Source of the DNA: an uncultured Anaerolineales bacterium
GTDB taxonomy: Bacteria; Chloroflexota; Anaerolineae; Anaerolineales; UBA11858
Assembly: GCA_964629085.1 (NCBI GenBank)
Contig: CAZVPR010000011.1
Coordinates: forward strand, 2,776 to 66,775
Reading direction: 5' to 3'
DNA length: 64,000 nucleotides
Part shown: positions 57,389-64,000 of the stretch, piece by piece
Numbering within the stretch: position 1 is the first letter of the stretch
Layout of the letters: each line of letters starts with the position of its first letter
Position numbers and translations under genes: made by a program
The notes under the pieces: model-generated
The model's database searches: none
What the model was told of the DNA's origin: nothing
Seen by the model: the letters and a program-made list of their open reading frames with translations, nothing else

Positions 57389-58987
57389 ATGAGTAGAGAA
57401 GAACAAGCCTGGCTAGAGGCCCGTGAAATAACTCCCCAAAAACGTGATCTGGCTCGGCGCGCCTTGGAGGATATTCGAGGTGGGCGCGAAGTTTTCGCTT
57501 CCTTGCGCCGTAATCCCTTGCCGGGTGGAGAGGGATTTTTGAATAAGGCCACGTTGGTGGCAGTTTATCGCGAGTTGGTTGCTGAGGGCATATGGGAAGA
57601 AGATCAGGCTTTGATGAACAAAATCCGGCTCAAACCCACCCGCACACTTTCAGGGGTTACAACTGTTACGGTATTGACAAAACCCTATCCTTGTCCGGGA
57701 AAGTGTATATTTTGCCCCACAGATGTGCGCATGCCCAAGAGCTATTTACCAGATGAGCCTGGGGCCATGCGGGCTTTACATCATGAGTTCGACCCCTTTG
57801 CGCAGGTAGAAGCGCGCATTGATGCGTTACATGCGGTTGGACACCCAACAGATAAGGTCGAGTTGTTGGTGCTTGGGGGAACCTGGAGCGCATACCGCAA
57901 GGATTACCAGGAGTGGTTTTTGAAGCGTTGTTTCGATGCCATGAATGGCGTTGAATTAAAAACTTTGGCTGAAGCCCAAACATATAATGAAAAAGCAGCT
58001 CATCGCAATGTGGGCTTGGTGGTTGAAACCCGGCCAGATCATGTCAATCAGCAGGAAATTGCTTGGATGAGAAAGCTGGGGGTTACCAAAGTTCAAATTG
58101 GTGCTCAAAGTCTGGATGATCGTATTTTAGAATTAAATAAGCGCGGCCACACGGTTGATGATCTTCGTGCTGCACTGGCATTGTTGCGTGCTGCTGGTTT
58201 CAAGGTGGTTTTGCACTGGATGCCTAATCTGCTTGGCGCGAGTTTGGAGTCTGACCGTGAGGATTTTGGACGCCTATGGCAGGGCCTGGCTCCTGACGAG
58301 CTGAAAATATACCCAACCCAACTATTGGCCAATGCTGATTTATATGCTTATTGGGCGAGAGGGGAATATCAACCCTATGAGACCGATGAATTAGTACAGT
58401 TGATTGCTGATATCAAAACTACCATACCACGCTATTGCCGAGTCAATCGGGTTATTCGAGATATTCCATCAACGAACGTTGTCGAAGGGAATAAACGCAC
58501 CAGTTTACGACAAGATGTACATCTGGAACTGGCCCAACGTGGGCAGCGTTGCCAGTGTATTCGCTGCCGTGAGGTACGTGGTCAAGAACTCAAGTCAGAG
58601 TTACTAGTGTTCGATGATTTAGTATACAATGCAGATTTTGCAGAAGAGCATTTTCTATCCTATGGCACCCCGGATGACAAATTAGCTGGATTTTTGCGTT
58701 TATCATTACCTCAGCCAGAAGCGCCTGAAACTGGTTTAGCCGATATTGATCAGGCTGCCATAATTCGTGAAGTGCATGTTTACGGGCAATCCTTAGGGGT
58801 GGGACAGGAGAGTGATGGAGCAGCACAACACTCGGGGTTGGGAACTAAATTGCTCCACCAAGCCGCTGAGATATCTCGAGAGCGAGGATTTAAAAAACTA
58901 GTGGTTATCTCTGCTGTGGGAACACGTGAATATTATTTAGAGCGTGGGTTTGAACGCGGGTTATTGTATTTGATCCAGGAATTGTGA
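57389..58987 (+). CDS. elp3: Elp3 homologue (radical SAM + GNAT; tRNA uridine(34) carboxymethyl-forming enzyme family)
   Basis: KPTRTLSGVTTVTVLTKPYPCPGKCIFCP radical-SAM cluster motif. Elp3-type central region (VETRPDHV, KVQIGAQSLDD). C-terminal GNAT IREVHVYGQSLGVG...QHSGLGTKLL...VISAVGTREYYLERGF. Confidence 0.88.
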   Translation: MSREEQAWLEAREITPQKRDLARRALEDIRGGREVFASLRRNPLPGGEGFLNKATLVAVYRELVAEGIWEEDQALMNKIRLKPTRTLSGVTTVTVLTKPYPCPGKCIFCPTDVRMPKSYLPDEPGAMRALHHEFDPFAQVEARIDALHAVGHPTDKVELLVLGGTWSAYRKDYQEWFLKRCFDAMNGVELKTLAEAQTYNEKAAHRNVGLVVETRPDHVNQQEIAWMRKLGVTKVQIGAQSLDDRILELNKRGHTVDDLRAALALLRAAGFKVVLHWMPNLLGASLESDREDFGRLWQGLAPDELKIYPTQLLANADLYAYWARGEYQPYETDELVQLIADIKTTIPRYCRVNRVIRDIPSTNVVEGNKRTSLRQDVHLELAQRGQRCQCIRCREVRGQELKSELLVFDDLVYNADFAEEHFLSYGTPDDKLAGFLRLSLPQPEAPETGLADIDQAAIIREVHVYGQSLGVGQESDGAAQHSGLGTKLLHQAAEISRERGFKKLVVISAVGTREYYLERGFERGLLYLIQEL

Positions 58988-59058
58988 ACTTCGAAGTATT
59001 TGTGATAATGACCCAGGAATCAAGACAGTAATCGGTGAGGAAAAATAGAAATGAATTG

Positions 59059-59274
59059 TTATTTGGTTGGGAAATTCTGACGAACGGATTTCCCAGGCTG
59101 GAACCATATCACTAAGAATGGTCCCAAAATCGGAAGTACTAGCGCAAATAACCCCCAGGCAGTGAAAGCCAAAAGGGAGAGTTCCCTGCGGCGAAGATAA
59201 AATGCCGCCAGCAAATTCATGCTAAGTGCACACCCAAAGAGCAATATTTGCATTAGGTCTGGCGCGATTGGCAT
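59059..59274 (-). CDS. Small two-TM membrane protein (PLDc_N-like tail motif)
   Basis: 71 aa, two hydrophobic helices. LVLPILGPFLVIWF resembles the PLD N-terminal small-protein family motif. No clear SD. Confidence 0.4.
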   Translation of the reverse strand: MPIAPDLMQILLFGCALSMNLLAAFYLRRRELSLLAFTAWGLFALVLPILGPFLVIWFQPGKSVRQNFPTK

Positions 59275-59418
59275 AAAGGTTTAGAGTCCCTGAAATTCGG
59301 CTTGGTTGACAGACTTAATTTTATTAGATATTTGAAATTAGCGCAACTGTTCTAAATATAAAAGTGACGCAGAAAACCAGGCGTCGCTTCCTTTTTCGAA
59401 TTTGATGATCTCCCTTTT

Positions 59419-60702
59419 TTAAAGCCAACCCCTCAATTCCATAGCTTTGACAACCTTTTCGATGGCTACCATGTAAGCCGCATCGCGCATATAAACATCT
59501 TCGCGTTCAGACATTTCTAGCACATCATGAAAGGCTTTGGTCATCTTGTCATCCAGTCGATTCAGTACTTCCTCGTGGCTCCAATAAAAATTCATATCGT
59601 TCTGAACGCCCTCGAAGTAAGATACGGTGACTCCACCAGCATTGCACAAAAAATCAGGAATGTTGAACACGCCTTTTTTAATTAAAACCGCGTCTGCCTC
59701 CGGCGTCGTCGGGCCATTGGCTCCCTCGGCAACGATCTTCACACGCGGACTTAAATTCTGCACGGTCTCTGCATTTATCTGTCCTTCGAGCGCAGAGGGA
59801 ATCAGGATATCGGCTTCCTTGGTGATCCAAACTTCATCATCTTCGATAACGTATCCTGAATCGCGGGCTTTATCTTTATCAATAGTACCGTAGACGTCAG
59901 TAATCGATTGCAGGAAAAGAGGATCGATACCCTCATCTCGGCTCACAGTGTAGGGTTTTTGATCATCTCGGTCCCAATAGGATACACAGATGACACTACC
60001 CCCCATGTCGACGAACTCCATGGCTGCATATTGGGCCACGTTGCCAAAACCCTGAATGGCGGCAATAGCATTTTCTGGTGCAATATCCAGGTGATTCATA
60101 GCTTCGCGGATCGTGTAAATTACGCCAAATCCCGTGGCCTCGGTTCGTCCCAGGGATCCGCCGCCGTCGACGGGCTTGCCCGTGATCACACCCGGTGTAT
60201 ATTGACCGATTAATTTGGAATATTCGTCCATCATCCAGCCCATCATGCGTGGATTTGTACCCACGTCTGGGGCTGGGACATCCTGGCGGGGTCCAATGTT
60301 TCGGTAGACTTGCTGAATCCATCCGCGGCAAAGACGCTCTTGCTCATTGATCGAAAGTGAAGCTGAGTCGACCGCAACGCCCCCTTTACCCCCTCCCAGG
60401 GGGATATCAGCTACGGCAGTTTTCCATGTCATCCACATGGCCAGAGCCCTCACAGTATCCAATGTTTCGGAAGGGTGAAAACGAATACCGCCCTTGGATG
60501 GTCCCCGCACGTCATTGTGTTGCACTCGGTAACCAAAAAATACCCTGATCGAGCCGTCATCCATCTTGACCGGAATCTGGAAGCGGAACTCACGCGTTGG
60601 CCAGCGCAGCATGGCAGCTGCCTGTGGATCCAAATTGAGCATCTCGGCAACGTTATCGAATTGGGCCTGGGCCATCTCGAAAGCATTGATTTGGTCGGTC
60701 AT
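59419..60702 (-). CDS. gdhA: Glutamate dehydrogenase (Glu/Leu/Phe/Val dehydrogenase family)
   Basis: PSKGGIRFHP, catalytic-Lys region IPLGGGKGG, NAD(P)-binding GFGNVAQYAA. 427 aa. Confidence 0.95.
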   Translation of the reverse strand: MTDQINAFEMAQAQFDNVAEMLNLDPQAAAMLRWPTREFRFQIPVKMDDGSIRVFFGYRVQHNDVRGPSKGGIRFHPSETLDTVRALAMWMTWKTAVADIPLGGGKGGVAVDSASLSINEQERLCRGWIQQVYRNIGPRQDVPAPDVGTNPRMMGWMMDEYSKLIGQYTPGVITGKPVDGGGSLGRTEATGFGVIYTIREAMNHLDIAPENAIAAIQGFGNVAQYAAMEFVDMGGSVICVSYWDRDDQKPYTVSRDEGIDPLFLQSITDVYGTIDKDKARDSGYVIEDDEVWITKEADILIPSALEGQINAETVQNLSPRVKIVAEGANGPTTPEADAVLIKKGVFNIPDFLCNAGGVTVSYFEGVQNDMNFYWSHEEVLNRLDDKMTKAFHDVLEMSEREDVYMRDAAYMVAIEKVVKAMELRGWL

Positions 60703-60744
60703 TCTAAAGAATCTCCTGATAGTTTAGGTTTTTAAGATGATTCA

Positions 60745-60764
60745 CGGGCACCAGACGGTGCCCG
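60745..60764 (-). other. GC-rich stem-loop in the gdhA leader
   Basis: cgggcacc agac ggtgcccg. 8-bp stem with a tetraloop, 42 nt upstream of the gdhA ATG. No U-tract on the minus strand, so it is not a typical intrinsic terminator. Confidence 0.5.
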
Positions 60765-60874
60765 CGGCAAGAACTTCAGTTGGGATATATGACTTGAAGA
60801 TCCATAATTTTGTCTATCCGCCCAAAGCGTAGCAGAACCGGGAAAGAGCGTCAAGTGACATAATACTTAACGGA

Positions 60875-60890
60875 TGTGAATTAATTCACA
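60875..60890. promoter_or_regulatory. Perfect CRP-type palindrome TGTGAATTAATTCACA upstream of gdhA
   Basis: Exact match to TGTGA-N6-TCACA and fully self-complementary over 16 bp. Centred about 180 bp upstream of the gdhA ATG and 30 bp downstream of the gatB stop. A TTGACG-N17-TACGCT element follows on the minus strand about 28 nt from the site centre. Confidence 0.55.
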
Positions 60891-60919
60891 CGCAATGATG
60901 CTCTTATCATTTTTATCAC

Positions 60920-62398
60920 TCACCGGCTTTTTAATTGTTTTTCTAGCTCCTCTTTTACAACTTGGGGATTGGCCTGTCCTTTTGTTTCTCGCATGATTTG
61001 CCCGAAGAACCAGTTTGCCAGGCTCTCCTTGCCTTCCCGATATTGATTGACTTCATCGGGCTGATTGGCCAAAAGGCTTGCTATCGTGTCGGCGATTTGT
61101 TGGTTGTCCGAGATTTGCGCCAGGCCTTTGGCTTTGACAATGTTTTGTGCAGATTCTCCACTCTCGAACATCTCGGCTAAGACAGATTTTGCAGTGGTGG
61201 CGTTGATTTTTCCCTCATTGAGCAGGGTGAGCAAATCACCCAAAGACTTGGAATCTACCTTCAGGTGGCTGAGGCCAAGTCCAGCCTGATTCATCAATCC
61301 AAAGAGTTCGCCTGTAACCCAATTAGCGACTAATTTTGGATCAACTTCTGCTGAAGACCCTATCACCGCCTCGAAATATTCTGCAACGGCTTTGTCGTTC
61401 ACCAGTACGTCAGCATCATATACGCTCAAACCATAAACTTCCATGAAACGTTGAAACTTCGCCTGCGGAAGTTCCGGTAAAACTGCACGGATTTCAGCGA
61501 CCCATTCTTTTTCCACAACAAGAGGAGGTAGATCCGGCTCTGGGAAATAGCGATAATCGTCTTCTTCTTCTTTGCTGCGCTGCGTGACCGTGACCTGGCG
61601 GGATTCATCCCAACCCATGGTTTGCTGAATGACCTTTTCACCGTTGTCCAGCAATTTTCCCTGGCGTTGAATTTCAAAGGCCATAGAGCGATCCAGAGCA
61701 CGAAAGCTGTTCAGGTTTTTGATTTCTGTGCGAGTGCCAAATTTGTCTTCGCCAACAGGTCTCACGGAAACATTAGCTTCGAAACGCAGCACGCCCTTTT
61801 CCATATTGCCAGAATTAACTTCCAGGTAGCGCAGCAAATTTCGCAGCGATTCCCCATAGGCGCGCGCCTCTTCAACAGAACGCATATCGGGTTCAGAAAC
61901 AATCTCCAAAAGCGGCACCCCCGCGCGGTTCAGGTCAACCAGGCTGTGCGCATCGGCGCCAGCTTCTCTGGATTCCACATGCGTGAGCTTGCCGGTATCT
62001 TCCTCCAAATGAACCCGCCGCACTCTGATCTCGCGTTCTCCCAGCGAGGTGCGGATTGTCAGAATGCCGTTACGAGCCAAAGGCTGTTTGTATTGTGAAA
62101 TCTGATAGCCTTTGGGTAGGTCGGGATAAAAATAATTTTTACGAGCAAAGATGCTGACCGGTGCAATCTCACAACCCAAGGCTAATGCCACGCGCAAACC
62201 AAGCTCAACAGCCCGGCGGTTGACGACAGGCAAGGTGCCCGGCATTCCCGAACAAACCGGACAGACGGCACTGTTAGGGTCAGCCTGGGTCAGATCAACA
62301 ACCGGACATGCACAGAACATCTTCGATTGGGTGGCGACTTCGGCGTGGACTTCGAGTCCGATGATGGGTTCGTATTTCATTTGTTGTTGATTGTCCAT
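60920..62398 (-). CDS. gatB: Asp-tRNA(Asn)/Glu-tRNA(Gln) amidotransferase subunit B
   Basis: YEPIIGLEVHAEV, FCACP...CPVCSGMPGTLPV, NRAGVPLLEIVSEPD, C-terminal YqeY-like domain. The start may be ATG 62398 or 62380. Confidence 0.95.
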   Translation of the reverse strand: MDNQQQMKYEPIIGLEVHAEVATQSKMFCACPVVDLTQADPNSAVCPVCSGMPGTLPVVNRRAVELGLRVALALGCEIAPVSIFARKNYFYPDLPKGYQISQYKQPLARNGILTIRTSLGEREIRVRRVHLEEDTGKLTHVESREAGADAHSLVDLNRAGVPLLEIVSEPDMRSVEEARAYGESLRNLLRYLEVNSGNMEKGVLRFEANVSVRPVGEDKFGTRTEIKNLNSFRALDRSMAFEIQRQGKLLDNGEKVIQQTMGWDESRQVTVTQRSKEEEDDYRYFPEPDLPPLVVEKEWVAEIRAVLPELPQAKFQRFMEVYGLSVYDADVLVNDKAVAEYFEAVIGSSAEVDPKLVANWVTGELFGLMNQAGLGLSHLKVDSKSLGDLLTLLNEGKINATTAKSVLAEMFESGESAQNIVKAKGLAQISDNQQIADTIASLLANQPDEVNQYREGKESLANWFFGQIMRETKGQANPQVVKEELEKQLKSR

Positions 62399-62449
62399 TC
62401 GTCTTCTGATTCGTTATAGATAAGCTCGAAAATTAGTTGGTTCACAGTG

Positions 62450-62479
62450 AATACCCGAAAACTCTTGCCGTTTGGCAAG
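62450..62479 (-). terminator. Weak terminator after the nucleotidyltransferase gene
   Basis: Minus strand reads cttgcc aaac ggcaag followed by agttttcgg. The stem is short (6 bp). Confidence 0.35.
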
Positions 62480-62579
62480 CGCGCTGATGCGATTATCTCT
62501 TCGACTTCCAACCTTTGGTTTTGCCAAGTAAAAGCTACTGGTCGTTGGGCATATTCGTGCTCCGAGCGGCATTCAACGT

Positions 62580-63590
62580 TCAGAGCTTGACCTCAGAGTT
62601 GTCACCGATGTTCAGATTTTTGGGACCACCATCCACGACGGAGTTTTCTCCAATGAGGGAATATTCCAGATTGACCCCTCTAAGTTGGCTGCCTTTTTCG
62701 ATGATTGTGTCTCGGATCACGCTGTGATTGATTTCGCAGTTAGCCCCGATAGAGGCGTAAGGGCCGATAACAGAAGCCTCTACTTTTGCGCTGGGGTGAA
62801 TGAATACCGGTGGGAGAATCGTCAACCCCTCCCTTTGCGCCACCTCAGTTGAATTATCGTGTCCATTTTTGAGCAAGTAGCGGTTGGTTTCAAGAACTGC
62901 TTCCGCCGTGCCGGCGTCTAGCCAAACTTGTACCCGCTCGGTGCGCATTTTTGCGCCCTTATCGAGCATAATGTTGACAGCGTCGGCTAAATAAAATTCG
63001 CCTTTTAGCTGCTGGCCGCCCTCGAGCTGCTCTTCGATAGCTTTTATCAGGGCATCCGAATCTTTGAAGTAGTAAAAACCCACCACGGCCAGATTGTTGG
63101 TCATGTCCCTGGGTTTTTCGATAATGCGTTTTACCCAGCCATCCTCATCGACTACAGTGACACCGAATCGGCGTGGATCGGGAACAGGTTTCACCCAGGC
63201 CACAACGTCGGATTCTTCATTTTTAAGGAAGGAGAGATCGGTCTCGATCAGCGTGTCGGCGAAGACCATCAGCATGGGGCCACTGAGATATTCTTTGGTC
63301 AGATAGATGGCGTGGGATTGGCCACGCATTTCAGCCTGTACCACGTAAGTGACTTTTACATCGGGGTGGTATTCGTTCATATAGGCTTCAACTTTGTCCC
63401 CCAGGTAGCCCACTATAAAAATAAACTCCACGTTTTTTGGGTCTGTCAGCGTGGAAAACATGTCGATCACATGAGCCAGTACGCACTTTTCGGCCAGGGT
63501 GACCAACTGCTTTGGGCGGCTCCATGTGTGAGGTCGCAACCGAGTTCCGAGCCCTGCCATAGGGATGACAACTTTCAAGGTTTCCGACAT
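62580..63590 (-). CDS. Sugar-1-phosphate nucleotidyltransferase with a C-terminal left-handed beta-helix domain
   Basis: G-loop VIPMAGLGTRLRP, NTP_transferase fold, C-terminal hexapeptide-repeat region (IGPYASIGANCEI...IGENSVV). ATG 63590 (MSETLKVV). Confidence 0.85.
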   Translation of the reverse strand: MSETLKVVIPMAGLGTRLRPHTWSRPKQLVTLAEKCVLAHVIDMFSTLTDPKNVEFIFIVGYLGDKVEAYMNEYHPDVKVTYVVQAEMRGQSHAIYLTKEYLSGPMLMVFADTLIETDLSFLKNEESDVVAWVKPVPDPRRFGVTVVDEDGWVKRIIEKPRDMTNNLAVVGFYYFKDSDALIKAIEEQLEGGQQLKGEFYLADAVNIMLDKGAKMRTERVQVWLDAGTAEAVLETNRYLLKNGHDNSTEVAQREGLTILPPVFIHPSAKVEASVIGPYASIGANCEINHSVIRDTIIEKGSQLRGVNLEYSLIGENSVVDGGPKNLNIGDNSEVKL

Positions 63591-63650
63591 TGTTGAATGT
63601 TTCTCCTTTTGTTCTGGTAGGGCTATTATACCTTTGATGGAGAGATTTGT

Positions 63651-63701
63651 AGAAAAAGAATACACTCCTTGAGGTGATCGTCACCTCAAGGAGTGTGTTT
63701 T
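63651..63701. terminator. Strong bidirectional terminator
   Basis: 16-bp perfect stem acactccttgaggtga tcg tcacctcaaggagtgt (63662-63696), flanked by aaaaag on the left and gttttt on the right. Confidence 0.75.
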
Positions 63702-63743
63702 TCCGTCGACGTTTTGGAAGTTTTATCGAGTTCGGATAGTTTG

Positions 63744-64000
63744 CTAACTCTGTTTTACGCTGGCATAAATTGCGCCACCGATGGCGCCCAAAATTGCGGC
63801 AAAGACGATGCCGCCCAGGCAGCACATCGAGCCGCAAACTGCTGCTCCGCCAAGGGCAGCCGCGCCGCCCCCAGCTCCGGTGAGCATTTCAGGGGTTATA
63901 CCCAGGTCCCGCAGTCCCTGGATAGCATCAGGAGGCAATTGCCGTAACACTTCGTCCAATTGAAAGGCCCCAGTGGCACTCCCTTGGAAAAGGCCAATGA
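63744..64000 (-). CDS. 3' part of an ORF with a Gly/Ala/Cys-rich hydrophobic C-terminus (5' end probably outside the window)
   Basis: The reading frame stays open from 63959 to the window edge (…IGLFQGSATGAFQ-LDEVLRQ…). The ORF-track M is a TTG, so the protein may be longer. The C-terminus GAGGGAAALGGAAVCGSMCCLGGIVFAAILGAIGGAIYASVKQS looks like a TM segment. Confidence 0.35.
   Translation of the reverse strand, partial: IGLFQGSATGAFQLDEVLRQLPPDAIQGLRDLGITPEMLTGAGGGAAALGGAAVCGSMCCLGGIVFAAILGAIGGAIYASVKQS

Noticed and set aside
57361-57552. 64-aa N-terminal extension of the methyltransferase ORF (Arg/Ser/Pro-rich), overlapping the Elp3 5' end
   Set aside because: The Trm9-like homology begins at MHLEIVKKL (ATG 57360). 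The extension is low-complexity and would overlap elp3 by more than 160 nt.
59361-59397. Hairpin gtgacgc/gcgtcgc as the gdhA terminator
   Set aside because: On the relevant (minus) strand the stem has an A-C mismatch, leaving only 5 contiguous base pairs. It looks better on the plus strand, where no gene needs it. It is too weak to annotate.
1-64000. CRISPR arrays, IS elements/transposases, integrases, prophage or toxin-antitoxin/defence gene signatures
   Set aside because: There are no regularly spaced direct repeats, no DDE/tyrosine-recombinase-like ORFs, and no small paired ORFs with TA-like features. The window is essentially core-genome.

Overview
Dense chromosomal window with about 52 CDS and roughly 50% GC (hand-sampled lines range from 40 to 63%). 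GGAG(G) Shine-Dalgarno sites precede many genes, and TGA, TAA and TAG are all used as stops. I found no rRNA, tRNA, CRISPR array, transposase or integrase. The gene content (bacterial Elp3, PucC/BCD-type MFS, 7TM sensor kinase, complete peptidoglycan dcw cluster) suggests a Chloroflexota (Anaerolineae-like) genome, but that is inference only.

Layout, in order:
- recX-recA (-).
- maeB.
- A tight 4-gene unit: LMW-PTP, fructosamine-kinase-like, 395-aa GNAT-like protein, polysaccharide deacetylase.
- hemH-hemY-PucC-like MFS.
- A 17.6-kb dcw operon: mraZ-rsmH-ftsL-ftsI-murF-mraY-murD-ftsW-murG-[CvpA-like]-murC-[60-aa ORF]-murB-ddl-ftsQ-ftsA-ftsZ. It lacks murE and has a recognisable promoter plus phased MraZ-type repeats.
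- nrdR-nrdJ with a promoter and tandem NrdR-like boxes.
- Orphan 7TM histidine kinase, HhH protein, nitroreductase-GNAT pair, deoxynucleoside kinase, and a secreted protein with 4 internal repeats.
- A glycan/lipid-carrier neighbourhood: UbiA-type prenyltransferase interrupted by an in-frame TGA, DegT aminotransferase, PglC-type sugar transferase, EamA transporter, and a GH5 lipoprotein with a large unassigned N-terminal module.
- A repeat- and palindrome-rich convergent intergenic region.
- typA, purH, pirin.
- Hybrid histidine kinase translationally coupled to a REC-adenylate/guanylate cyclase.
- A divergent Trm9-like methyltransferase / Elp3 pair.
- gdhA preceded by a perfect TGTGA-N6-TCACA palindrome, then gatB and a sugar-nucleotidyltransferase.

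Best candidate for something new: the genetically linked Elp3 + Trm9-type methyltransferase module, a eukaryote/archaea-style (m)cm5U34 tRNA pathway in a bacterium. Secondary candidates are the possible cAMP circuit (REC-cyclase plus a CRP-type site at gdhA), the PTP/FN3K/GNAT/deacetylase operon, the extra dcw members, and the nested palindromes at 46.5-46.9 kb.

The ORF track translates alternative start codons (TTG/GTG) as M. I trimmed several N-termini to starts with better RBS or homology support.
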